44,325 bases of DNA, from contig JBKBRF010000052.1 of NCBI GenBank assembly GCA_046292385.1, positions 1-44,325 on the forward strand. The letters run 5' to 3'. The notes below the pieces were generated by a model, which searched no databases, was not told where the DNA came from, and was given only the letters and a program-made list of their open reading frames with translations. This document shows, piece after piece, positions 18,456-29,087 of the stretch. Made by a program: the position numbers and the translations under genes. Source of the stretch: Armatimonadota bacterium (GTDB lineage Bacteria; Armatimonadota; SYMT01). Numbering within the stretch: the first letter of the stretch is position 1; each line of letters opens with the position of its first letter.

Positions 18456-19760
18456 GTGCGGAAGACGCGAGGCGCAGGCGGGCAGCATCCGCCGTCCTGG
18501 AACAGCATATTCTCGCCGCGCCAGATGGCGGGGCGGCGTCCGCTGCTCATCGGCGCCTTCGCCGCGCTCTGCGCGCTGGTGCTGCCGCTGGAGATCGCCG
18601 GCGCAATCTATCCGGGCCCATGGATGCCGGTGCTGCGCCTCGCCTGGATCATGGTGCTCGCCGCGCTCGCGGTGGCCGGAGTCGACACCCTCCTCCAGCG
18701 CGGCCGGATCCGCCAGCGGGTGATCAGCGACCTGGTGCGCCGCCTGCGGCATCCGCTCGATATCCAATCGATCCTTGATATGGGGCTCACCCGGGCGGTG
18801 CTTCTGGCGAGCGCCGACGGCGGTTGCCTGCGCACGCTCGGCGAAGGCTCCCGGCTGGAGATCGCCACCTGCATCCACGCGAGCGCCAGTTACCTCCGCG
18901 GCTACCGCAGCCTGCCGGCGGATGACCCGGCGGTCGCAGCGCTCCTGGCGCAGCGAGATCCGGTCCTGCTGGAGCGCGCGGCCCTGACTCCGGAGCTGAC
19001 CGGATTCCTCTCGCAGGGAGAGGCGCGCGCGGTGATCGCCGTGCCGCTCCCGGGAGAGCGCGGTCCCGAAGGCTTGCTCGCGGTGGCGTACCGCCGGCGG
19101 CCCTGGCTCATCCGGGACCACATGGAGACCCTGCGGCTGATTGCGACCCTGCTCGCCTCCGCGATTGCCAGCGCGCGCACCTACGACGACATCGCCCACC
19201 AGGCCCGCACCGATCCTCTCACGGGAGTGGCGAGCCGGCGCTACTTCGAGGACCAGTATCGGCGGGAGGTCGCGCGGGCTCGCCGGAACGGCCGGCCGCT
19301 CACCCTGGTGATGATCGACGTCGACCGGATGAAGGAGATCAACGACCACTGGGGCCACACGCTGGGAGACCAGGCGCTGCAAACCATTGGTGAGTCGCTC
19401 CGCGAGGTGCGCGCCGGTGACGTGGCCGCCCGCTTTGGGGGGGACGAGTTCGTGATCCTAATGCCGGAGACCACCGAGCTGGAAGCGGAAGCAGTGATGA
19501 AGCGCGTCCGGGAAAGGCTGGTCGACGTGAACGCCTCCGGGACCCTGCCGTTCCGGATCCGCGTCAGCATCGGCGTGCGACAGCTCGATCCGGTGGAAGA
19601 CGACCTGCTCGCCGCCGCGGACGCCGCGATGTACGCGGAAAAGCGGCGCCGCTCGCAGCCCGCGCGGGCATCTCGCAGCGCCACGATTGACCCGGATGCA
19701 GACGACGAGCTCCACGACGACTCGGATCCGGCCCGAGAGCAGTGGAGCGGCAGGCGCTAA
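18456..19760 (+). CDS. Diguanylate cyclase (2 TM, GAF, GGDEF)
   Basis: TDPLTG, IDVDRMKEINDHWGH..GD, RxxD I-site (RAGD) and intact RFGGDEF. Start may be ATG 18525. Confidence 0.92.
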   Translation: MRKTRGAGGQHPPSWNSIFSPRQMAGRRPLLIGAFAALCALVLPLEIAGAIYPGPWMPVLRLAWIMVLAALAVAGVDTLLQRGRIRQRVISDLVRRLRHPLDIQSILDMGLTRAVLLASADGGCLRTLGEGSRLEIATCIHASASYLRGYRSLPADDPAVAALLAQRDPVLLERAALTPELTGFLSQGEARAVIAVPLPGERGPEGLLAVAYRRRPWLIRDHMETLRLIATLLASAIASARTYDDIAHQARTDPLTGVASRRYFEDQYRREVARARRNGRPLTLVMIDVDRMKEINDHWGHTLGDQALQTIGESLREVRAGDVAARFGGDEFVILMPETTELEAEAVMKRVRERLVDVNASGTLPFRIRVSIGVRQLDPVEDDLLAAADAAMYAEKRRRSQPARASRSATIDPDADDELHDDSDPAREQWSGRR

Positions 19761-19778
19761 CGGGCAGCCGGACGCCTT

Positions 19779-19925
19779 TTCGACACAGAGGGACACAGAT
19801 GGGGAACCGAGCGCAGGCTCGACCCTCGTCTAGGACGATCGGTTGGCGCTCCGCCGCGGCGGCGGCCCGGTTCCTATCCCTTCTGTGTTCCCTCTGTCGG
19901 TTCTTCTGTGTCCCTCTGTGTCGAA
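19779..19925. repeat. Inverted-repeat element with ~10-nt tandem units
   Basis: TTCGACACAGAGGGACACAGA (19779-19799) and its perfect 21-nt reverse complement (19905-19925), plus a degenerate copy near 19882-19898. Confidence 0.85.
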
Positions 19926-19938
19926 GAACCGAGTCGAC

Positions 19939-20763
19939 TCAGCCCCTCGCGCCGAGGCTCTGCATGATCCGGTCGGTCTCGCTATAGGCCTCCGTCACCC
20001 ACTCCACGATCTTCTCCGGCTCCGGCGAGTACTCCAGCTCGATGCTCACCACGCCGTCGTAGCCCGTCCGCTGCACCGCCGCCAGGTACTCCTGCACCGG
20101 GGTGATGCCGCGGCCGGGCGGGAGGTCGCCGTGCACCTGGCCGTCGCAGTCGGAGAGGTGGACGTGCCCGATGCGCCCCTTCAGCCGGGCGACTTCCTCG
20201 AACGGGGTGCGGACCAGGTGCAGGTGGCTGATGTCGCAGTTCGCCCGTACCGTCTCCGGCATGGCGACGTCGTCCAGGAAGCGGACCATCGTGTCGACGC
20301 TGTTGATGAGTGAGAGCTTGAACGGCTCCAGCTCCATCGCGATCTCCAGCCCCAGCTCCCGGGCGTGCTCCCCCAGCTTCCGCACGTTCTCCACGCCCCA
20401 CTGCCACTGCTCGGCCGGCGGGATCACCTGCTGCTCCCAGATGTACTCCCCCAGCACCAGCAGCAGGTTCCGGCAGCCGTACTCGTAGCAAAGGTCGAGA
20501 TAGGCGCGGGTGCGGTCGACGTGGAACCGCTGGACGCTCGGATTGAGGTCGATCAGGCCGACCGCCACGCAGCAGATGGAGACGATCGGCAGGCCGAGCT
20601 CATCGGCCGTCTCCTTGATCAACCGCCGCTCCCGCACGTCCATGTCGAGCGGATCGGCGAAGATGTCGATCGTGTCGAAGCCCAGCTCCTTCGTCTTGCG
20701 GATGCCGAACTCGGTGGGCTGTCCCGCCTGGGCCCAGGCGGAGTTGATCAGGCCAAGCTTCAT
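19939..20763 (-). CDS. Sugar phosphate isomerase/epimerase (xylose-isomerase-like TIM barrel, ketose 3-epimerase-like)
   Basis: Metal-ligand pattern MELEP, DISH, HVHLSD, PGRG, VSIELE; start MKLGLIN (20763). Confidence 0.88.
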   Translation of the reverse strand: MKLGLINSAWAQAGQPTEFGIRKTKELGFDTIDIFADPLDMDVRERRLIKETADELGLPIVSICCVAVGLIDLNPSVQRFHVDRTRAYLDLCYEYGCRNLLLVLGEYIWEQQVIPPAEQWQWGVENVRKLGEHARELGLEIAMELEPFKLSLINSVDTMVRFLDDVAMPETVRANCDISHLHLVRTPFEEVARLKGRIGHVHLSDCDGQVHGDLPPGRGITPVQEYLAAVQRTGYDGVVSIELEYSPEPEKIVEWVTEAYSETDRIMQSLGARG

Positions 20764-20909
20764 GAGTCTTCTTCTCCCGGACGCTCCCCGGCGTGCAGCG
20801 GCCGCGGCTCGCGGCGGGGAGGCGTCAGGAGAAGTATCGGCCAGCCGAGCGGAAACTGTCCGAGCGCTCCAGCGAACTACGCCGGCACCGCGCGTGAAAG
20901 AGTCCGCGG

Positions 20910-21221
20910 CTACTCCGCAATCAGCTCTTCCAGCGCCGCGCGGGTCTGCGGATTGATGGCGCGGCGCACCTCTTCGCCGTTCTTGAAGGCGATGACGGTG
21001 GGGATCTTCCGGACCATGTACCGCTCGGAGAGCGGCTCGTCCGCGTCGGAGTCGACCTTGTAGACCTTCACGTCCGGGTGCATCTCCGCGAAGCGGTCCA
21101 GGAGCGGCGCCATAGCGCGGCACGGACCGCACCAGATGGCGAAGAAGTCGACCAGCACCCAGCCGTCCTGCTTCAAGACCTGCGCTTCCCAGTCCGCCTC
21201 ACCAATCACCGGCACCGCCAT
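20910..21221 (-). CDS. trxA: Thioredoxin
   Basis: VLVDFFAIWCGPC active site, IPT cis-Pro, FKNG; GGAGG RBS. Confidence 0.9.
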   Translation of the reverse strand: MAVPVIGEADWEAQVLKQDGWVLVDFFAIWCGPCRAMAPLLDRFAEMHPDVKVYKVDSDADEPLSERYMVRKIPTVIAFKNGEEVRRAINPQTRAALEELIAE

Positions 21222-21345
21222 GCTGCACCTCCACCCCCGGGTCGAATGTCCCGACAATCACTCCGGAATAGTCTATCCCGCGGTGGGCGCATTCCAATCC
21301 CCTACCGGCCATTCGGCGCCTGCGCGGCGGAAGAGGAGCGTGTCC

Positions 21346-22959
21346 GTGAGCCTGGAATCCTGCCCCTGCCCCCGGTGCGAGCGCCAGCTCGATGCGGGCG
21401 ACCGCTACTGCCGCCACTGCGGCTACGCGGTAAGCGGCCGGCCGGACTTCGCGGACGAGCTGAACCGCACCATCGTGGAGACGGCGCCGATCGGCTTCTT
21501 CACGCTGGACGGCGACGGACGAGTGCTCTACTGGAGCCGGGCGATGGAGGAGCAGACGGGGCGCCGCCGGCGCGACGCGCTCGGCCGTCCGTTCCCGGAG
21601 CTGCTCCCCTACCTGCAGCCCTACAACCACCGGATCCTGCGGGTCCTCACCACGGCGATGCCGCTCCGGCTCGACCACGTCCAGCACCAGGGCGACCACG
21701 GCGGTGAGGTGGCGGAGACCTACTGGTTCGGCCCCATGCTGCGGGAAGACGGCGGCGCGGCGGTGCTCGGCGTGATGGAGGACATCACGCAGCGCGTGCA
21801 GGTAGACAACCAGCTGATCCGCTCCGAGCGGCTGGCGGCGATCGGGGAGCTGGCCGCGGGGATCGCCCACAACTTCAACAACATCATGGCGGCAATTGCC
21901 GGCGACGCGCAGCTCCTCCGGATGATCGCGGAAGAGGAAGACCTACCGGGGCACGTGGCGGAGGCCGCGCAGCAGATCTACGAGGAGACGATGCGGGGCG
22001 GCCGCGTGGCGCACGACCTCCTCTCCTTCGCGCGGGGGGCGGAGCCGCAGCTTCAGCGGCTCGACGTGCGGGAGGTAATCCAGGATGCGGTGCGCCTGCT
22101 CCGCAACCACCCCGCCTCGCGCGCCGCCAGTGTGGAGCTGCAGCTCAGCGAGGAGGTGCCGCTGGTGGAGGCGGATCCGAACCAGCTCCACCAGGTCTTC
22201 TTCAACCTGATCCTCAACGCGATGCAGGCGATGCCGCACGGGGGCATCCTGACGATCAGCGCCGGCATGCGGCAGGACGAGCGCGATCCGAAGATCGGGC
22301 TGCTCGACGTCAAGTTCCACGACACCGGCGTCGGCATTCCGCGCGAGAGCCTGAAGCGGATCTTCGATCCGTTCTTCAGCCGCCGGGCGGGCGGAGGCTC
22401 CGGCAGTGGACTGGGGCTGCCGGTGAGCCTGGCGATGGTGCGCGGAATCGGCGGCGACATCCGGATCAGCTCCGCGGAAGGGATCGGGACGACGGTGACC
22501 GTCAGCCTGCCGATCGTGGAGCGGCGCTCGCTCCCCCGGGGGGCCGGGCGCTCCCGACCCCGCGGCCGCGCGCTGCTGGTGGACGACGACGCGCAGGTGC
22601 GGCGCACGCTGACCTCGCTCCTCGCCCGCGAAGGCTTCGAAGTCTCCGCCGCGGAGGATGCCCACGAGGCCTGGAGGCTGGTGGGAGAGGCGAAGGACGA
22701 CCGGGCGTTCCAGCTCATCCTGATGGAGCTGCTGCTGCCCCGCGCGGACGGGGTGGAGCTGCTGACGCGGGTCCGCGAAACCGCGCCGGAAACGCCCGTG
22801 ATCGTACTGACGGGTGATACCGATCCGCAGCGTCTCCGCACCGCGCTGGACCACGGCGCCCGCTTTGCGTTCAGCAAGCCGCCGAGCTACACGGAGCTGC
22901 TGGCGGTGATCCAGAACCTGGCCCGCGGTCACGACGGCTCCGCCCCCACCGCGGAGTAG
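21346..22959 (+). CDS. Cytoplasmic hybrid histidine kinase (Zn ribbon, PAS, HisKA, HATPase, atypical receiver)
   Basis: CPRC...CRHCG; PAS (IVETAPIGFFTLD); H-box AHNFNN; NLILNA, DTGVGI, FDPFF, GSGLGL; C-terminal receiver. GTG start 7 nt after GAGGAG. Confidence 0.9.
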   Translation: MSLESCPCPRCERQLDAGDRYCRHCGYAVSGRPDFADELNRTIVETAPIGFFTLDGDGRVLYWSRAMEEQTGRRRRDALGRPFPELLPYLQPYNHRILRVLTTAMPLRLDHVQHQGDHGGEVAETYWFGPMLREDGGAAVLGVMEDITQRVQVDNQLIRSERLAAIGELAAGIAHNFNNIMAAIAGDAQLLRMIAEEEDLPGHVAEAAQQIYEETMRGGRVAHDLLSFARGAEPQLQRLDVREVIQDAVRLLRNHPASRAASVELQLSEEVPLVEADPNQLHQVFFNLILNAMQAMPHGGILTISAGMRQDERDPKIGLLDVKFHDTGVGIPRESLKRIFDPFFSRRAGGGSGSGLGLPVSLAMVRGIGGDIRISSAEGIGTTVTVSLPIVERRSLPRGAGRSRPRGRALLVDDDAQVRRTLTSLLAREGFEVSAAEDAHEAWRLVGEAKDDRAFQLILMELLLPRADGVELLTRVRETAPETPVIVLTGDTDPQRLRTALDHGARFAFSKPPSYTELLAVIQNLARGHDGSAPTAE

Positions 22960-22977
22960 CCTCGACTCCAATGCGCA

Positions 22978-22993
22978 TGCAAATTTTGTGCCA
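22978..22993 (-). promoter_or_regulatory. Sigma-54 binding motif, inverted relative to rpoN
   Basis: Minus strand TGGCACAAAATTTGCA (GG-N10-GC), ~200 bp upstream of the rpoN start. Confidence 0.7.
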
Positions 22994-23189
22994 GTTCCCT
23001 TGCGCCGTCTCCAGCGCAACGTTAACTGAGCCATAATAGGTGGGCGGCAGCTTGCTCGCATGCCGTGAACCGCCCTGGTTCCGCTCCCATCCCCCCGTGG
23101 GGGCCGTTGCCGGGCAACCGGGAGTCTTCGCGCCACCCACTCCGGCGCCGGCTCTACGGCTGTCGGGTCCGCAGAATCCGCTCACCCCC

Positions 23190-24622
23190 ATGGCGATCGT
23201 CCAGCGTCAGACCCAGGGTCAACGCCAGCAGCAGCGCGCCGAGCCGCAGTTGCTGCTCACCAATCGCCTGCTCCAGATGCCGGCCGTGGAGCTGCGCCAG
23301 CGAGTGGTGCAGGAGCTGGCGGAAAACCCCGCGCTGGAATCGCCGGATGAGCCGCTCAGCGCCGTCTCCCGCTGGGATGCTCCCCTGCTCGAGGGAGCAC
23401 CCGAGGGACGGGCCTTCGGCCGCGTGGAGAGCTCCGCGTCCGCCGCCGCGAGCGTCCGGCACTCCTGGATTCCCGGCGAGGACGACCTCGACCCGCTCGA
23501 CCTGGCGGAGTGCCCCTCTACCCTCGCGGACCACCTGCGGATGCAGCTCGCCGCCGCCGCCGAGGGCGACCTCCGGCGCATCGGCTCCTATTTGATCGAC
23601 AGCATCACCCCGGACGGCTACCTCCACTGCCCGCTGGAGGAAGCGGCCCGGGCGCTCTCTGTCTCCCACGAGAGAGTGGAGGCCGCCCTGCGTCTCCTGC
23701 AGAGCTTCGATCCGGCCGGGGTCGGCGCGCGCAGCCTGCAAGAATGTCTGCTGCTCCAGCTGCGCTCGCTGGCGGAAGACGGCGAGGTGCCGCCGCTCGC
23801 GGAGCCGATCGTCTGCCGCTGCTGGCGGGAGCTCGCCGCCTCGCGCTGGCGCGCCATCGCCCGCAGTCTCCACGCGGCGCCGGTGGAGGTGGAGAAGACC
23901 GCCGCCTGGATCCGTCACAATCTCTCCCCCTATCCGGGGAGCCGGTACGGGGCGCAGTGGAGCGAGCGGACCCCGGACGGCGCGCGCCCGGTGCGGCCGG
24001 ACGTGCGGATCTACCTGACCGACGAGCGCAAGGTGGCGTTCGAGCTGCACGAGCACGGCCTGCCGGAGCTGCACGTGAGTCCGGTCTATACCCGCCTGTT
24101 CCGCCGCCTGAAGGAGTCTCCGGAAAGCTTCTCGGAGCCGGAGCGGCGTCACGTAAGCGAGTACCTCCGCCGCGCGCAGCTCTTCCTGCGCAGCCTGAAC
24201 GACCGCAAGCGGATCCTGGACCGGGTAATGGAGTGCATCGTGGAGGAGCAGGAGATGTTTCTCCGCTCCGAGCAGGAAGAGGACCTCCGCCCGGTGACGC
24301 AGTCCCAGGTCGCGTCGTTTCTACAGGTCCACGAGAGCACCATCAGCCGGGCGGTTTCGGACAAGTTCGTCCAGCTCGTAAGCGGGCGCGTTGTGCCGGC
24401 CAGCTTCTTCTTCGACCGGGCGACCAGCGTCCGCGCCCTCGTGGCGGCGGTGGTCGCCTCGGAGGACCCGGCGAGCCCCTACAGCGACCAGCAGATCGCG
24501 GACCTCCTGCGGAGCCAGGGGGTGCGGATCGCGCGGCGCACGGTGCTGAAGTACCGCGAAGAGATGAACATCCTATCGTCACGCCAGCGCGCGCGAGCGC
24601 CGAGAGCGCGCGGGGACCGAGA

Positions 24623-24626
<4 letters not shown>
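23190..24626 (+). CDS. rpoN: RNA polymerase sigma-54 factor
   Basis: Gln-rich region I, ELAENPALE, DPAGVGARSLQECLLLQL, HESTISRAV HTH, SDQQI, RpoN box ARRTVLKYRE. Confidence 0.95.
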
Positions 24627-26047
<1,421 letters not shown>

Positions 26048-26269
26048 GGCGGCCGCCGCGGAATCCCGTGGACGGCTCGCTAATCATCCGATAATATGCG
26101 CTTATCAACCGCGTGATTCGTGGGCAGGCGGACCGCAATGCCTGTGTGCTCCCGGGTTGGCGGATTCTACGGCTGGCCTTCTCCCCAGCCCGCCATTCAA
26201 CCGGTCCTGAGCCAGCGTTGACCACCTGAGTGTTTCCAGCGAGGGGGCAGGAACGGAGGAGTGATCCCG

Positions 26270-26518
26270 ATGTCCGAAGTAATGACACCTGGAAGTCTTC
26301 CGGCTTCCAACGGCACCGAGTTCCCCCAAGACATCACCGCCGAGCTGCTGGAGTGGCTCGAGAACGGCAGCCTTACCCTGGTCGATGCGGCGCGCCAGCC
26401 CGTTACGACCGAACGCTGGGTGGAGCTGCCGCTGGCGGTGCAGCAGCGCGCCCTGGCGGACTTCCACCGGGTGGTCCGCGGAAGCACCAAGGCGGCGGTC
26501 ATTTTCCTGGAAGACTGA
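26270..26518 (+). CDS. Hypothetical protein (82 aa)
   Basis: GGAGG RBS and host-like codon usage; no family recognised. Confidence 0.65.
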   Translation: MSEVMTPGSLPASNGTEFPQDITAELLEWLENGSLTLVDAARQPVTTERWVELPLAVQQRALADFHRVVRGSTKAAVIFLED

Positions 26519-26528
26519 CGCCGCGGAA

Positions 26529-26615
26529 GAGTGGGAGCAAGGGAGAGTGGGCGAGTGGGAGACTTCCCCTCGTGACCGGCGACTCATGCTCCCCCGCTCT
26601 TCCACTCCCCCACTC
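26529..26615. repeat. Octamer tandem array with inverted counter-array
   Basis: GAGTGGGA GCAAGGGA GAGTGGGC GAGTGGGA (26529-26560) ... TCATGCTC CCCCGCTC TTCCACTC CCCCACTC (26584-26615). Confidence 0.75.
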
Positions 26616-26667
26616 GGTGCCGGGAGCGGCGGCTTATCTTCCGGTGCGGGTTCGAGGAGAGTAGACG

Positions 26668-27006
26668 ATGCGAGAAGAGCGCACCGATCCATGGGCCGGC
26701 GAGAGGATCTCCCGCAGCGAGGTCCAGCGCCGCTACAACAACCTGATCCAGTATCAGCTCCGCCCGATGATGGCCCAGCGGAACATGTCGGACGACGCGC
26801 GGATCAACGTGCTCAAGCGCATCGTGCGTGAGTGCAGCCGCTTCAAGTACGACAGCGGCGCGGTGGCGGGCGGCGGCTCCCGGGAAGAGGTCGTCGACCT
26901 GCTGACCCCGTGGCTGAAACCGGAGCATCCGAGCGGCGAGGAGCTGAAGGACTGGGTCAAGCGGACCATCCGGGCCTTCGGCGCCAGCATAGAGTCCAAC
27001 GATTAG
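26668..27006 (+). CDS. Hypothetical protein (112 aa, helical)
   Basis: GAGGAG RBS, strongly GC3-biased codons; no family recognised. Confidence 0.75.
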   Translation: MREERTDPWAGERISRSEVQRRYNNLIQYQLRPMMAQRNMSDDARINVLKRIVRECSRFKYDSGAVAGGGSREEVVDLLTPWLKPEHPSGEELKDWVKRTIRAFGASIESND

Positions 27007-27023
27007 CGGTCGCGGTCCCCGGG

Positions 27024-28268
27024 TCAGGCGCCCTGGCTGCGGCGGATGATCTGCGCCGCCCGGTTGAGCGCGGCGCGCGCGCCGTTCAGCCGCTCGATCG
27101 ATCCGGGAATGTCTCGCACCAGCCAGGGGTTCTGCAGGATCATGCCGCCGGCGACCGGCTCCGGCGCCTTCCTGGCCGTGGCGATGAAGTGGTCCGACGC
27201 CGCCCGGTAGCCCTGCAGCTCCCGCAGCGCCACCCGGAGCGACTCCTCGATCATGGCGAGCCCGGTGGTGGGCCAGATCCGCTCCCGGAAGCGGCGGCTC
27301 CGCGCCTCCCGCCCGATCTCCAGCCGCTTCCCGATCTCCAGTACCCCTTCGGCCGGACGGCACGCCGCGCGGGCGAAGTCATCCGTCTCGACCACCTTAC
27401 CGAGCCGGGAGAGCGCGGTCTCGGTCTCTTTTAGCGCCGCGGTGATGTGGTCCGGCAGCGTCTGCGCCGCCAGCGCCTTTCCGCCGAGGCGTCCCGCCAG
27501 CTCCCCCACGTACTGGCCGACCATCGACCCGATCGGCCCCAGCGCGGCGCCCAGGCCGCCCCCGATGCGGCGGCCGACATCCGAGCCGACCTGCGTAGAG
27601 AGGCCTTCCACCAGCGAGCCCTTGCTGCCGCGCTTCGGCGCCAGCGGGTGGAGGTAGCGCGGACGGCTGCGGCGGAGCGCCGCCAGCGCCAGGATCAGGT
27701 CCGGGCCGTCGGCCCCGGCATCCGCGGGAATCCGCACCGGACCGGGCAGCGGCGCGGCGGTGAGATCCTGCATCGGGAGCAGCGGAAGCTCCTTCTGCTT
27801 GCGGGGCATGGCGCTCTCCAGCAGCGCCAGCGGGCGCCGGTTCCAACCGCGCTCCGAGCCGCCCCACCACTCAGCCGCCACCTGCACCGCCTCCGCAAGC
27901 CGCTCGCGGGACCGGGCGCGCTCCGCCTCCGGCAGGCCCTGCCAGGCATCCTCCACCAGCGCCTCGAACGGCGTCTCCGGCCGGATCGGCTCCCGAAAGC
28001 GCCAGTGCGGCACCACTTCCGGGTCGGCCGCTCCCCATTCGAAGAAGATCACCGCGGGCGAGAGATACTCCGGCAGCGAGCCCGCCAGCTCCGGCTCCAG
28101 CCAGCCTCGCTCGACCCACCGCAGCAGCGTCGCCTCCTGCCACGGCCGAGGCTCGCGCAGCACGCGCCCGAGCTTGCGACGCGAGAGGAAGCGGTAGACG
28201 AAATAACCCAGAACGAACGGCAGCGCGGTGAGCGCCCCCACCAGTAACGGAACGGTGATCTCCTGCAT
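27024..28268 (-). CDS. Membrane-anchored hypothetical protein with glycine-zipper segment
   Basis: N-terminal TM (ITVPLLVGALTALPFVLGYFVY); GGGLGAALGPIGSMVGQYVGELAG; start MQEIT (28268). Confidence 0.75.
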   Translation of the reverse strand: MQEITVPLLVGALTALPFVLGYFVYRFLSRRKLGRVLREPRPWQEATLLRWVERGWLEPELAGSLPEYLSPAVIFFEWGAADPEVVPHWRFREPIRPETPFEALVEDAWQGLPEAERARSRERLAEAVQVAAEWWGGSERGWNRRPLALLESAMPRKQKELPLLPMQDLTAAPLPGPVRIPADAGADGPDLILALAALRRSRPRYLHPLAPKRGSKGSLVEGLSTQVGSDVGRRIGGGLGAALGPIGSMVGQYVGELAGRLGGKALAAQTLPDHITAALKETETALSRLGKVVETDDFARAACRPAEGVLEIGKRLEIGREARSRRFRERIWPTTGLAMIEESLRVALRELQGYRAASDHFIATARKAPEPVAGGMILQNPWLVRDIPGSIERLNGARAALNRAAQIIRRSQGA

Positions 28269-28337
28269 CTGTGGCTCCGCGCCGGGTCCGTCCGGCCGGC
28301 ACACTCTACTTCCTTCTGAACCCCCGCGCAACCTCCG

Positions 28338-28379
28338 TTGACACCCGACAGGTTTAGCGATAGATTTAACCCGGGTAAA
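28338..28379 (+). promoter_or_regulatory. Sigma-70 promoter with overlapping DtxR/MntR-type operator
   Basis: TTGACA (28338)-17 bp-TAGATT (28361); near-palindrome TTAACCCGGGTAAA (28366-28379) over the predicted start site. Confidence 0.7.
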
Positions 28380-28425
28380 GTATTCCGCTTTCCCTGGTGA
28401 AGTTGAAAGCGGGAACGCAGTTCAA

Positions 28426-29082
28426 ATGATCGGTGAAGCGGCCCAGGACTACCTGAAGGCGATCTACAAGCTCTCCACTTCGGACCGCAGATGCACCCCC
28501 ACGCTCGTCGCGGAGCGGATGTCGGTGTCGCCGGCCGCCGTGACGAAGATGCTGCGGCGCCTGCAAGAGCTGAAGCTGGTGGAGTACGAGCGCACCCAGG
28601 AGGTCCGGCTCACCCCCGCGGGGGAGAAGGTCGCGCTGGAGATCATCCGGCACCACCGGCTGATCGAGACCTACCTGAAAGAGGCGCTCGGCTACACGTG
28701 GGACCAGGTGGACAGCGAGGCGGAGAAGCTGGAGCACGTGATCTCCGAGGAGTTCGAGGAGAAGATCGCGGAGCTGCTGGGCCACCCGACGCACGACCCG
28801 CACGGGGACCCGATCCCGACCAAAGACGGTCGCATCTGCCAGAAGCGCCACGCGCCGCTGGCGGACATGGAAGCCGGCCAGGCCGCGGTGGTCCGCCGCG
28901 TGACAGACGGAGACCCGGCGATGCTGCGCTACCTGGGCGACCTGGGCCTCTATCCGGACGCCTCCGTGGAGATGCTGGCGAAGGAGCCGTACGGCGGCTC
29001 CCTGCGCATCCGGGTGGACGGCGCGAACCAAAGCGTGGGACGAGAGCTGGCCGAGAACGTGTTCGTGGAACTGGGGGAGTGA
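28426..29082 (+). CDS. mntR: DtxR/MntR-family metal-dependent repressor with FeoA-like C-terminal domain
   Basis: [33 protein letters not shown]. Asp and Glu at the DtxR M10 and C102 positions are the Mn-sensing pattern. Confidence 0.93.
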   Translation: MIGEAAQDYLKAIYKLSTSDRRCTPTLVAERMSVSPAAVTKMLRRLQELKLVEYERTQEVRLTPAGEKVALEIIRHHRLIETYLKEALGYTWDQVDSEAEKLEHVISEEFEEKIAELLGHPTHDPHGDPIPTKDGRICQKRHAPLADMEAGQAAVVRRVTDGDPAMLRYLGDLGLYPDASVEMLAKEPYGGSLRIRVDGANQSVGRELAENVFVELGE

Positions 29083-29087
29083 ACCCG

